DNA of 64,000 nucleotides from Candidatus Obscuribacteraceae bacterium (GTDB lineage: Bacteria > Cyanobacteriota > Vampirovibrionia > Obscuribacterales > Obscuribacteraceae), in assembly GCA_044229845.1 (NCBI GenBank), contig JBGASG010000001.1, forward strand, positions 512,001 through 576,000, given 5' to 3'. Below, one piece after another: positions 29,735 to 39,475 of the stretch. How positions within the stretch are numbered: the stretch's first letter is position 1; every line of letters begins with the position of its first letter. A program made the translations under genes and the position numbers. A model generated the notes under the pieces. It had not been told where the DNA came from. It ran no database searches and saw nothing but the letters and a program-made list of their open reading frames with translations.

Positions 29735-30775
29735 CTACATCAATGAGGCCATGATCTCGTCCAGCACTGCTTTTGGCGGACGCACTTGCTCTTCTTTCAG
29801 TTGAGTCAGCGGTATGTCGTCGAGGTCCATCAGTGAGGCGAAATCAGGTTTTTGTTCGTCGATGTACAGCAGCCCGGTCAGGAACTGCTTGTCTATGGCA
29901 GCCTTCTTGATCAAGTTGATGGCAGCCAGGCGGTCTTTGGGGTTGTAATCGCGGTCGATTTTCTTGAGCGTGATCTTAGAGCCGTCGTGCATCTCGACTT
30001 CTTGCACAGTGCCGGGTTCGTAGTCCACCGAAATTTGATCGAAGAACGGGATGAAACCGATGTCCTGAAGAGGAATCTCGGCTTCTTTTGCATACTTGTA
30101 GCTCTTCGTCGACCCTTCGTGATTGTTGAACGTCACGCACGGGCTGATTACGTCGAGAACAGCGGTGCCATCATGTGACAGCGCAGCTTTCAGCAAGGTG
30201 ACCAGTTGTTTGGGATCGCCGGCAAATGAGCGAGCGACGAAGCCGCAACCGAGTTCGATTGCCAGGCTGCACAGATCAATCGGCGGCAGTTCGTTGATTA
30301 CGCCGGACTTGGATTTGGAGCCCAGATCCGATGTCGCTGAGAATTGACCTTTGGTCAAGCCGTACACGCCGTTGTTTTCAACGATGTAGACCATCTTGAT
30401 GTTGCGGCGCACGACGTGGCAGAACTGACCAAGACCAATCGAGGCTGTGTCGCCGTCGCCGGAGACAGCCAGGATGTGCAGGTCTTTATTGGCCATGTTG
30501 ACGCCGGTGGCAACCGACGGCATACGCCCGTGCACTGCGTTGAAGCCGTGCGAGCGAGACAGGAAGTAAGCAGGCGTTTTGCTCGAGCAGCCGATGCCGC
30601 TCATCTTTGCCACCATGTGCGGCTCGACGCCCAGGTCGTAGCAGGCTTTGATGATCTGCGACGTAATCGCGTCGTGTCCGCAGCCATCGCACAAAGTAGA
30701 TGGTGCGCCTTTGTAATCAGCGAGAGTGAGACCGATGCGATTGGTTGGAGTGGGTTTTTGCGGTGAGGAAACCAT
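29735..30775 (-). CDS. korB: 2-oxoacid:ferredoxin oxidoreductase beta subunit
   Basis: LCDGCGH, SGIGCSS, HGR, GDGD, NGVYGLTKGQ, SPCVTFN; substrate not determinable. Confidence 0.9.
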   Translation of the reverse strand: MVSSPQKPTPTNRIGLTLADYKGAPSTLCDGCGHDAITSQIIKACYDLGVEPHMVAKMSGIGCSSKTPAYFLSRSHGFNAVHGRMPSVATGVNMANKDLHILAVSGDGDTASIGLGQFCHVVRRNIKMVYIVENNGVYGLTKGQFSATSDLGSKSKSGVINELPPIDLCSLAIELGCGFVARSFAGDPKQLVTLLKAALSHDGTAVLDVISPCVTFNNHEGSTKSYKYAKEAEIPLQDIGFIPFFDQISVDYEPGTVQEVEMHDGSKITLKKIDRDYNPKDRLAAINLIKKAAIDKQFLTGLLYIDEQKPDFASLMDLDDIPLTQLKEEQVRPPKAVLDEIMASLM

Positions 30776-30778
30776 GTC

Positions 30779-32602
30779 TTACTTCTCCTGTTCCATGATG
30801 GCGTCGGTGACTGAACGAGCGTCGATGGGCAAGCCGCTGTAGTGGCGCACGGAACGCAGTTTCGTCGCGTATTCCGGCATTTCCAGCATGAGCAAATCTC
30901 TCATTTGCGCATCGCGGTTTTGCTCGACGACATAGATTCTGTCGTGTTTGCCGACGAAGTCTTTGATGTCGTCGGTGAATGGAAGCGCACGCACTCTCAG
31001 TAAGCTGATCTGCTTGCCGGCTTCCTTCAACTGCTGGCGCGACTCCAGCACGGCTGGTTGCGACGATCCGGCATAGATCACGCCGACTTTCGCTTCTTTA
31101 TTGATTTCGATTTCCGGTTGCGGCACATACTTCTTGGCGGTGTTGTACTTGCGCAGCAGGCGATCCATGAGATTCATGTAGTCGTCCGGACGCTCTGTGT
31201 AAGCCGCTTTCTCGTTGTGCCCCGAGCCGCGAGTGAAGTAGGCGGCCAGCGGATGGTTGGTACCAGGAGCGGTGCGGTACGGGATGGCGTCGCCATCGCT
31301 GTCGCGATAGCGTTCGAATTTGCCCAGTCTCTCCAGGTCTTCAGCGGAGAGCATCTTGCCGCGGTCAAGTTTCTTCTCTGGGTATTTGAAGGGGTCGGAC
31401 ATCCAGTTGTTCATGCCCAGGTCTAGATCGCTGAGCACGAAAATGGGAGTTTGGAATCTCTCCGCCAGATCGAAGGCGTCGACGGCGAATGAGTAGCACT
31501 CGCCAACCGAGCCCGGCAACAGCACGATGTGTTTGGTGTCGCCGTGCGAGAGTGTATTGGCGCTGAGCAGGTCGGCTTGCGCTGTGCGAGTCGGCAGCCC
31601 GGTAGAAGGACCGACGCGCTGCACATCGAAGATGACTGCCGGGATTTCGGCGAAATAGCCAAGCCCGGTGAATTCAGCCATGAGTGAGATGCCGGGACCC
31701 GAGGTCGAGGTCATCGAACGGGCGCCTGCCCAGCCGGCGCCGAGCGCCATACCGAGGGCAGCCAGTTCGTCTTCGGCTTGAATAATAGCGAAGGTAGCTT
31801 TGCCGGTTTCCTTGTCGATGCGATATTGCTGCATGTAATCGGTGAGCGATTCGCAAAGACTCGACGACGGAGTAATCGGATACCAGGTGACCACTGTGGC
31901 GCCCGCGAACATGGCGCCGATTGCCGAGGCGGCGTTGCCGTCGACGATGATTTTGCCGGCGGTTTCGTTCATTGCTTGGACGAAATAGGGGTCGTCCTTC
32001 TTGAGATTTTCCTTAGCCCACTCACGTCCCTTCTGAGCAGCCTTGATGTTGAGTTCAGCCGCGGATTTTTTGCCTTCAAACTGGCGGCGAATCGCTTTTT
32101 CGACTTCAGCCTGGTCGATAACGAGAAGTTCGGCGGCGACACCGACATAAATCATGTTGGTGACCAGCTTGCGCAGCTTGATGTTCTCGGTCGTCTGGGC
32201 TGCCAGTTCGGTAAAGGGCACCTGATAGTGTTTGACGTCGCTGCGCACACCGTCCAGATGCAGTTCGACCGGACTGATGACGACCGCTCCTGCGCCCAGG
32301 GCTTTGACGTCTTCAATCGCCGTTTGCGGATTCATGGCGACAAGAATGTCGATTTCCTTCTTGCGCGCTACCCAGCCGTCCTTATTGACGCGAATCGTGA
32401 ACCAGGTCGGCAGACCTGCGATGTTCGACGGGAAGAGGTTTTTGCCACTGACCGGGATGCCCATTTGAAAAATGGAACGCATCAGCACGCTATTGGAAGA
32501 TTGGCTTCCAGAGCCGTTTACTGTGGCAACTTGAATCGAAAAATCATTTACGACACGGCCCGATTCGGTTTTCTGGGCACTGTCTGCAGCAAGTGTTTTC
32601 AC
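30779..32602 (-). CDS. korA: 2-oxoacid:ferredoxin oxidoreductase alpha subunit (gamma-alpha fusion)
   Basis: YPITPSS, QAEDE, TSGPGISLM, QRVGPSTGLPT. Confidence 0.9.
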   Translation of the reverse strand: MKTLAADSAQKTESGRVVNDFSIQVATVNGSGSQSSNSVLMRSIFQMGIPVSGKNLFPSNIAGLPTWFTIRVNKDGWVARKKEIDILVAMNPQTAIEDVKALGAGAVVISPVELHLDGVRSDVKHYQVPFTELAAQTTENIKLRKLVTNMIYVGVAAELLVIDQAEVEKAIRRQFEGKKSAAELNIKAAQKGREWAKENLKKDDPYFVQAMNETAGKIIVDGNAASAIGAMFAGATVVTWYPITPSSSLCESLTDYMQQYRIDKETGKATFAIIQAEDELAALGMALGAGWAGARSMTSTSGPGISLMAEFTGLGYFAEIPAVIFDVQRVGPSTGLPTRTAQADLLSANTLSHGDTKHIVLLPGSVGECYSFAVDAFDLAERFQTPIFVLSDLDLGMNNWMSDPFKYPEKKLDRGKMLSAEDLERLGKFERYRDSDGDAIPYRTAPGTNHPLAAYFTRGSGHNEKAAYTERPDDYMNLMDRLLRKYNTAKKYVPQPEIEINKEAKVGVIYAGSSQPAVLESRQQLKEAGKQISLLRVRALPFTDDIKDFVGKHDRIYVVEQNRDAQMRDLLMLEMPEYATKLRSVRHYSGLPIDARSVTDAIMEQEK

Positions 32603-32764
32603 CGGGACTTACCTTGGTTGGCTTTACAACAGCCTCTTAGTTTATCAATTTATCGCCGCCGAGCGGCAGAAGTACCAAATCTGCTAAGGATTGCCAGTTC
32701 CCCATGGCGACTGGGTTTTGAGCGGAAAACTAACGAAAACGGTACTAGTCAAGTGACATCAAAC

Positions 32765-33814
32765 TTAAAAATGGTCCAGCTCGAACAGCGGGCAGGGCAG
32801 CGGCTCTCGCCACTTCGCAACCCGCTGGTCGAAGGGCAGAAGCATCGGCAGTGCGTAGTCTCGCTCGACGAAACGCACACCTCGAAGAGGTGGTGCGGCG
32901 GCTTCCCAACCGCGAATCACGCCTATGCCGGCGTCAATTGCCAGCGACAAAATGCTTTGCCAGAGATTCTCGCGGGTTTCGCAGCTACCCACCACTTCCA
33001 GCACTCGCATAATCTCCGCTGTACGTTCCAGGACTGCGTAGCCTGCGGAAAAGCCGGACTCTTTGCTGCGCATCAATTCCAGCGGTGCGAAAGTGCGAGA
33101 GCTGCGTTGGCTGACATAGCGCTCGCGAGCCAGCTTATAATGCCAGTAATCCTCACTTCGTGCTGTCGCGAACGGTAAATTGACCTGGCACCGCTGGTAG
33201 TAGCGCACCATATCCGGCACCATGTCCAGATCGATCGCCGTCACCTGATATCGCCGGCTGGTTGCGCTGTCGATTGCCGGCAGCCATGTGTGCGGCACCG
33301 CTTCCGCGGCCCCGCTGTTCGGCAGCCAGAGGTAAAAGTCGCAGGACCCCAGGACTTCGAACCCGATCGCTTCGTACAGCTCAAGTCCGATGTCGGAGTA
33401 GAGGAGCATGCCGTCATAGGCTTCCGCCGCGCTGCTGCAAAAGTTTCTCACTGCGTGCAGAAACTCCACCGCATGCCCCTGTCCGCGATGAGGGCGAGGT
33501 GTATAGACGGCTCCAATGCCGGCTATTTTGAAGTGCTGGTGATGCGACATCATATCCAGCGTGTAGAGCTTGCAACTGCTCAAAATCTGATCCCGGTCGT
33601 TTTTGTAGACCAGATATCGATAATTCTTTCGCGACCAGGGCTGGTGCATCTGCCACCAGATGTACTGATAGTAGGTGGACTTGTCCAATCCACTCGACCA
33701 AATCTGATGCGATTCACGGAGCACGCTCTGAATGTCTTGCCATTCGGCGAGTCCGAGACGCGCCGTTGATCTGGCATTTGACTCGCCGGCAACGGTTGTG
33801 GCGATGGCAGACAT
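32765..33814 (-). CDS. GNAT family N-acetyltransferase
   Basis: IGAVYTPRPHRGQGHA acetyl-CoA motif; LYSDIG..LY. Confidence 0.8.
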   Translation of the reverse strand: MSAIATTVAGESNARSTARLGLAEWQDIQSVLRESHQIWSSGLDKSTYYQYIWWQMHQPWSRKNYRYLVYKNDRDQILSSCKLYTLDMMSHHQHFKIAGIGAVYTPRPHRGQGHAVEFLHAVRNFCSSAAEAYDGMLLYSDIGLELYEAIGFEVLGSCDFYLWLPNSGAAEAVPHTWLPAIDSATSRRYQVTAIDLDMVPDMVRYYQRCQVNLPFATARSEDYWHYKLARERYVSQRSSRTFAPLELMRSKESGFSAGYAVLERTAEIMRVLEVVGSCETRENLWQSILSLAIDAGIGVIRGWEAAAPPLRGVRFVERDYALPMLLPFDQRVAKWREPLPCPLFELDHF

Positions 33815-33904
33815 TTCTTCCTTCCTGGCTTCTTGGCAGCGAAAATCGTCTCGGGGCCGCTTTACTGATCTAAAATACTGCGGCTATGAGAAGGCTCTTT
33901 ATCA

Positions 33905-35299
33905 ATGCCCCGACTTGCGAAGAAAGATTCTAACAAACATTCTCACGAGAGTAATGGCGCGCGCCGCCGCATTACCGCTTATTTGGGGCGCATCATCACC
34001 CCGGTCGACTGGCAGACTTTTCGCGAGTTCTTAGACGGCGCCTTGATTGTCGACGAGCAGGGCAAAATCGAGGCAGTCGGCAGTTGGCGCGAACTGGAGC
34101 GCAAATATCCTGAAGCCGATGTGATCGATTTTGGTCCGCGCCTGATATTGCCTGGTTTCATAGATTTGCATGTGCATCTGGTGCAAATCGCCCAGACGGG
34201 ACGTGCGGGCGATACGTTGCTCGGCTGGCTGAACAAGTACATCTTTCCGGAAGAGATGCGCTTTACTGAACCGGCTCACGCCCACCGCATGGCAGACTGG
34301 TTTTTCCGCGAGTTGGCCAAGAACGGCACCACGCTGGCCGCCGTCTTCACGAGTGTGCATGCCGATGCAACCGACATTGCCTTTCAGACGGCCGCCGCCT
34401 CGGGCATGCGCGTGATCATGGGCAAAACGATGATGGATCGCAATGCTCCACGCGGTCTGCTCGAAGATACGCAAGTTTCTTTGCAGCAGTCTGAGTCTCT
34501 CTGCAAAAAATGGCACAACTTCGATCATGGTCGTTTGAAGTATGCCTTCACTCCGCGCTTTGCGCCCACGTCCACTCCTGAGTCGCTGGAGAAAACCGCC
34601 CAGCTCTGGCGGCGCAACCCCGGTACCTATCTGCAGACGCACCTGTCAGAGAACGTCGATGAGATCAAATGGGTGCATGAGTTGTTCCCTGATGCGGCGA
34701 ACTACTTCGATGCCTATGAGCAGTGCGGTGTCGCCGGACATAACTGTCTGTTTGCGCACAGCATTCATCTGGATTCCGCTGAGCTGGCAGGCATGAAGCG
34801 TACAGATTCTTCAATTGCGCACTGTCCCAGCTCCAACTTTTTTCTAAAGAGCGGTATCTTCCAGTACACACGGGTCAAGGACGAGGGCATCAAGTTCGGG
34901 CTGGGTTCTGATGTGGCGGCAGGACCGGAGATGAGTATTTTTCGCGTCATGAAAGACGCTGCCTACATGCAGTATCAACTCTGGATCAGCCCGGTCGAGC
35001 TGTTCTACCTCGGAACGCTGGCTGGTGCCCGGGCCGTCAATCTGGAAGACACGATCGGCAGTCTGGATGTCGGCAAAGATGCCGACTTTATCGTGGTGGA
35101 CCCGACGCGCAAGAGCCTGGTGGTCAAAAACGTCATCGAGCACCCGGCTGAAGAAGTGCTGTCTGCCCTGGTTTACGTCGGCGATGACCGGATGGTCTGT
35201 GCGACGTTTGTGCGCGGCAAAGCCATCTACGCGGCAGACAATTTCGAAGTGCCGCTGCGCGTCCAGGGCAGGTTTCAGAGTGCCGTGGGTTTAACTTAA
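33905..35299 (+). CDS. guaD: Guanine deaminase
   Basis: PGFIDLHVH, LLGWLNKYIFPEE, TPRFAP, QTHLSEN, HCPSSN, GLGSDVAAG; next to hpt. Confidence 0.92.
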   Translation: MPRLAKKDSNKHSHESNGARRRITAYLGRIITPVDWQTFREFLDGALIVDEQGKIEAVGSWRELERKYPEADVIDFGPRLILPGFIDLHVHLVQIAQTGRAGDTLLGWLNKYIFPEEMRFTEPAHAHRMADWFFRELAKNGTTLAAVFTSVHADATDIAFQTAAASGMRVIMGKTMMDRNAPRGLLEDTQVSLQQSESLCKKWHNFDHGRLKYAFTPRFAPTSTPESLEKTAQLWRRNPGTYLQTHLSENVDEIKWVHELFPDAANYFDAYEQCGVAGHNCLFAHSIHLDSAELAGMKRTDSSIAHCPSSNFFLKSGIFQYTRVKDEGIKFGLGSDVAAGPEMSIFRVMKDAAYMQYQLWISPVELFYLGTLAGARAVNLEDTIGSLDVGKDADFIVVDPTRKSLVVKNVIEHPAEEVLSALVYVGDDRMVCATFVRGKAIYAADNFEVPLRVQGRFQSAVGLT

Positions 35300-35376
35300 T
35301 AACCTGAAGCTAAGAGCCATCTCTGTGCCCGTTTTGAGATAACATACTGCCTTTCCCGACGGCGACAGGTGAGCTT

Positions 35377-35979
35377 ATGAATGCAACAGACGTACGCAAG
35401 AGAGTGTACAAGCCAGATGCTCCCGGTGAGGCACACGTGGCGCAGATTCGTGAGATGATTCCGCAGGAAAAGCTGGCTGCGCGCATTCGCGAGTTGGCTC
35501 AGGAAATAAACGCTGAATACGGTCAGCTGGAGCGGCCTGTAGTGATAGGTGTTCTGAAGGGCGCCGTCCTCTTTCTCTCTGATTTACTGCGGCACCTCGA
35601 CTTCAAAGATCCTTTGCAAGTAGAATTTGTGCGGTTGGCCAGTTATGGCAGCGGCATGGAAAGCTCCGGCACCGTGCAGGCTCCGAATTTGGATCTGCCC
35701 AATTTGAGAGGGCGCAATGTGTTGGTCGTCGAGGACATCATCGACTCCGGGCGCACTTCCAAGTTTTTCCTCGATTACCTGCGCGATCAGTTCGAGCCGC
35801 GCACGCTTAAGATGGCATGTCTGCTCGACAAACCGTCGCGCCGCGTCGTCAAAGGCGAGGCTGACTTCGTCGGATTCACAATCGAAGATAAGTTCGTCAT
35901 CGGCTACGGTCTGGATTACGCTGAGCAGTTCCGCGAACTACCTTTTATCGGTGAACTGGTTGAGTTTGCTGCCGAGTAG
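35377..35979 (+). CDS. hpt: Hypoxanthine phosphoribosyltransferase
   Basis: VLKGA, VEDIIDSGRT, FVIGYGLDY. Confidence 0.95.
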   Translation: MNATDVRKRVYKPDAPGEAHVAQIREMIPQEKLAARIRELAQEINAEYGQLERPVVIGVLKGAVLFLSDLLRHLDFKDPLQVEFVRLASYGSGMESSGTVQAPNLDLPNLRGRNVLVVEDIIDSGRTSKFFLDYLRDQFEPRTLKMACLLDKPSRRVVKGEADFVGFTIEDKFVIGYGLDYAEQFRELPFIGELVEFAAE

Positions 35980-35985
35980 CTCGAT

Positions 35986-37041
35986 TTGATGAAATCGGTC
36001 AGCCGAATAAAAGTCGCGTTTTTGGCATTTGTGCTGGTGCTTGTGTGTGCACCGGTGTCTTTGAGTGCGCCGGCTGCTTCCAGCAGTCCAGCATCGACGC
36101 CGACCGTTCAACGGCGTGCACCGCAAGTAGTGGCGCAAGCGAAGAGCGAACCCGATGCCGAGAGATTCAACGAGCTGGTACGAAGCGGCGGCATTGCAAA
36201 AAGCAGAGGCATGTATCGCGAAGCGGAGAAACTACTTAAAGAAGCTGTGGACATCGGTTTGGCGACCAAGGTCGAGAAGACTCAGATGCTGGTGCCGCTC
36301 AATAATCTGGCCGGTACCTACATGCAACTTGGGAAATTGACCGAAGCGGAGGCAACTTACAAGGATGTATTAGGGGCGCTTGAAGAGTTGAAGATGCGCC
36401 ACAACATGAGTTATGCCACTGTGCTGGATAACCTGGGACAGGTCTATTCGCGAAAGGGAGATCTGGTCCAGTGTGAACAGATGCAGCGGGAGGCGATCGA
36501 GATTTACGCCAAGTCAGACAATCCGAATGCCCGTCAGGAGCAGGCGATTGCCATGGCGAATCTGGCGCAGACCTACGTCGAGGAGAAGAAGTTTGCGCTT
36601 GCCGAATCTAACTTTCGCGCGGCTTTGAAGACTCTGGAAGATCTGGACCCGGACAGTTCGATTGTAGCCATTCTCTTGGACAATTACTCTGCTCTTTATC
36701 GCAAGCAAGGTAAGTTTGCCGAGGCACTCGAACAGCAGGAGCGAGCGGTCAAGCTGCTTGAGAAGACTCTGGGGAGAAACCATCCTGAAGTGGCGATTGC
36801 TTTGAGCAACATCGCTTTCACGTACACAAAATTGCATCGGGAGACAGAGGCAAAAGATTGCCTGGAGCGGGCGCTGGAGATAAACGAGAAAGCTTTCGGG
36901 ACTAATTCGGCGCCTGCCACCGCGTCGCTTGGGAGAATGATCGCATTCTTGAGAAGTACTAATAAGGCGAGCGAAGCCAAACAGTACGAACTACGGCTAT
37001 TGCAAGCCGGCGGTACTATTTCGGTTCCTCATAAACCGTAG
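35986..37041 (+). CDS. Exported TPR (kinesin-light-chain-like) repeat protein
   Basis: Signal peptide; repeats LNNLA/LDNLG/LGRNHPEVA. Confidence 0.85.
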   Translation: MMKSVSRIKVAFLAFVLVLVCAPVSLSAPAASSSPASTPTVQRRAPQVVAQAKSEPDAERFNELVRSGGIAKSRGMYREAEKLLKEAVDIGLATKVEKTQMLVPLNNLAGTYMQLGKLTEAEATYKDVLGALEELKMRHNMSYATVLDNLGQVYSRKGDLVQCEQMQREAIEIYAKSDNPNARQEQAIAMANLAQTYVEEKKFALAESNFRAALKTLEDLDPDSSIVAILLDNYSALYRKQGKFAEALEQQERAVKLLEKTLGRNHPEVAIALSNIAFTYTKLHRETEAKDCLERALEINEKAFGTNSAPATASLGRMIAFLRSTNKASEAKQYELRLLQAGGTISVPHKP

Positions 37042-37054
37042 GATCGGGTCAGAG

Positions 37055-37510
37055 TTAGTTCTTGCAGGCGGCGTAGTGTTCGGACGCCCGCTTTTGAATT
37101 TCCTCAGGCGTCAGATCTTCCTTGTGAGTCGCCATGTACCACATGTTGCCCCAGTTGTCTTTGACGCCGGCATTGCGGTCGCCATAAAACTGGTCGGCGG
37201 GTTCCACCAAACTGGTGGCGCCGGACTTGAGGGCGCGGTTGTACGCAGCGTCAGTGTCTTCGACGTAGACGTAGAGACACATCGGCACAGGCGGATGACC
37301 TTCCTTGGCGCCGCCCATCATGACGTGAGAATTGCCGATCATGATTTCAGCGTGGGCGATGGAGCCATCCGGTCCCTTCATCGCTGGACCTTCCATTTTT
37401 GCTGCGAATGTTTCTTCCAGAAACTTGATCAGTCCTTGAACATCAGCGCAGACGAGATAAGGAACGACGTTGTGATAGCCCTTGGGAATGTAATCAACTT
37501 TGGTGGCCAT
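37055..37510 (-). CDS. VOC/glyoxalase (PhnB-like) family protein
   Basis: IPKGYHNVVPYL, HAEI.IG, DQFYGDR.AGV.D.WGN.W; AGGAGG RBS before ATG at 37510. Confidence 0.9.
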   Translation of the reverse strand: MATKVDYIPKGYHNVVPYLVCADVQGLIKFLEETFAAKMEGPAMKGPDGSIAHAEIMIGNSHVMMGGAKEGHPPVPMCLYVYVEDTDAAYNRALKSGATSLVEPADQFYGDRNAGVKDNWGNMWYMATHKEDLTPEEIQKRASEHYAACKN

Positions 37511-37677
37511 AATCCCTCCTCTGTGTGGAGGCACATTCTCTCGTGCCTGCCCGTTTCTTTCATTAGATGATCCGGTTCGGGAAGCAGGTCATATCTCCCT
37601 GAACGACCTGCGCCCGAATCCGGCGCTCACAGGAGGAGGTATGTCGGACGAGGCAAGTGAGCGTGGAACCTATGTTT

Positions 37678-37983
37678 CTAGCGTCTGTTGGAGGGGCGCA
37701 GCTTGCGAATCTCTCCCGGTCCTCGAATTTCGTGATCAGGAGGAACTACGGCGAAGATTGCTTGGGTGGTGGGAGTCCAACTCGAGAAAACCTTAGAGGC
37801 CTCGCTCTCGGGATCTTCACTCTCGGGAAGTGTGGGACAAATCACGTTCAGCAAATCGGTCAACTGATGGTGGCAGCTGACTGCCAGGCGCAAAGCCAGG
37901 TATGCCAGTCGCAGCCTGATTGAAAAGATGAGATAAAGCAGACACTTGGGCGCTGTCGTTCGTTCTTTGGGTGATTGCAGCAC
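37678..37983 (-). CDS. Small hypothetical protein
   Basis: GGAGGT RBS before GTG at 37983; no recognisable domain. Confidence 0.4.
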   Translation of the reverse strand: MLQSPKERTTAPKCLLYLIFSIRLRLAYLALRLAVSCHHQLTDLLNVICPTLPESEDPESEASKVFSSWTPTTQAIFAVVPPDHEIRGPGEIRKLRPSNRR

Positions 37984-38126
37984 GGTGGTTACCTCCGCAG
38001 CAAAGTGGTGGAAGTAGCGTGTGGGAATTTGGGGTCTACCTATACAACGTTGGTCGACCCGAAAAAGTTCAATCGAAATAGTGCTTGAAATGTGGCTTTT
38101 AGATTAATTGCGAAACTGCCGCGACC

Positions 38127-39020
38127 TTACATTCGATAAGCTCGCATCATTGCCTGTGTGCCCTGGTCATCGCCAGTGGTGGCATCCAGCTCCGCCGCCA
38201 CTTCGAACTTCTGTGTCGATAATTCTGCCCCGGGCAAATTGCGACCGGACTTGACCATCACATCTCGAGCCAGGCGGAGATCTTTCAACATGTGCTTGAT
38301 GGCAAATCCAGGCGCAAAGTCAGTCTTGACGATGCGCTGCCCGAGGTTTGCCAGAGCCCATGAGCCGCCGGCGCCGGTCGAGCAGACATCCACAATCAGC
38401 TGGGGGTCGATCTTCAACGTTTCCGCGAGGGCGAATGCTTCGCACACTGACACCATGTTGACCGCGCAGAGGATCTGATTGCACAACTTGACGCCCTGCC
38501 CGCTGCCTGAGCGTCCGCAGTAGTATATATTTTTGCCCAGACACTCGAAAAGAGGGTTGGCGAGATGGAAGTCTTCTTCGTCCCCGCCCACCATGATCGT
38601 CAACGTTCCGGCGCGGGCGCCGATATCGCCACCGGAGACTGGCGCATCTAGAAAACGCGACCCCCGTTTCTTCAAGAGCGCGTGTGCGTGTCTGGCAAAG
38701 GACGGTCCGGTGGTGCCCATGTCGACGATCAGGACATGGGCGGCAGCATGTTCCGCAACTCCGCCTGGACCGAAGATGACCTTGTCGACGTCTGGAACAT
38801 CGGCCAGGCAGAGAATGATTGCTTCCGCGTCAGCAACGGCTTCTTTGATCGTGAGCGCCTGGGTGGCACCGGCTGCGGTGGCAACTTCGATGTTTTCGCT
38901 GTCGGCGGTTCGATTCCAGACCGTAACTGTCTGACCAGCTCTGGCCAAATTCGCAGCCATGGCTGAACCCATGATGCCCATGCCAAGGTAAGCAACACGC
39001 ATTATCGACTCCGATCGCAT
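38127..39020 (-). CDS. NAD(P)-dependent beta-hydroxyacid dehydrogenase (3-hydroxyisobutyrate/tartronate semialdehyde reductase family)
   Basis: GMGIMG, DAPVSGG, GTLTIMVGG, KLCNQ, MLKDL. Confidence 0.92.
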   Translation of the reverse strand: MRSESIMRVAYLGMGIMGSAMAANLARAGQTVTVWNRTADSENIEVATAAGATQALTIKEAVADAEAIILCLADVPDVDKVIFGPGGVAEHAAAHVLIVDMGTTGPSFARHAHALLKKRGSRFLDAPVSGGDIGARAGTLTIMVGGDEEDFHLANPLFECLGKNIYYCGRSGSGQGVKLCNQILCAVNMVSVCEAFALAETLKIDPQLIVDVCSTGAGGSWALANLGQRIVKTDFAPGFAIKHMLKDLRLARDVMVKSGRNLPGAELSTQKFEVAAELDATTGDDQGTQAMMRAYRM

Positions 39021-39065
39021 TTACGCAGTCAGTTTAGTCACGAGAGCGCGATCATAGCGAATTGC

Positions 39066-39281
39066 TTAGCCGCCTGGAAAGTCGACTTCCGTATAAAAGC
39101 GGTCTTCCATCGGGTTGTTGTTCATATATATGGGAACCAGATCGCGCCTGTCACGAGCGCCGCAATTGGGGCACCGCAGGTCGTTGTCTGTTTCGTTGCC
39201 GTGAAATATGGTCTCGCACCAGATACATTCGTAATCAGCCGGCTCAACAGGCTTTTGGCCCTTCGGCATCTTAGCTTTCAC
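39066..39281 (-). CDS. Small zinc-ribbon protein
   Basis: CIWC and CPNC pairs; GGAGG RBS. Confidence 0.7.
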   Translation of the reverse strand: MKAKMPKGQKPVEPADYECIWCETIFHGNETDNDLRCPNCGARDRRDLVPIYMNNNPMEDRFYTEVDFPGG

Positions 39282-39475
39282 GGTGTGAACCTCCAGTTAG
39301 GTGTCAAATCAAAGACGGGGGTTAACTGCCGAGGTTCCATTGGTTGGTTGAGCCGACAGATATAAAAAAGCGGTCATTAGCCGTTAAATTGCCGGCTTCC
39401 TCCTTAAAACACTCTGGTTGTGTGTTAATTTGAGATCGTCACGACCTCGCACGCCTGTCTAAACCACCACCTCAA

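Noticed and set aside
31778..33178. 466-aa plus-strand ORF
   Set aside because: Antisense to korA and the GNAT gene; shadow ORF
37570..37665. SRP or 6S RNA call for the hairpins
   Set aside because: No SRP domain IV motif or 6S-like central bubble recognised
37641..37796. Plus-strand 51-aa ORF after AGGAGGAGGT
   Set aside because: The SD-like sequence directly abuts the ATG and the ORF overlaps a minus-strand ORF with a properly spaced RBS
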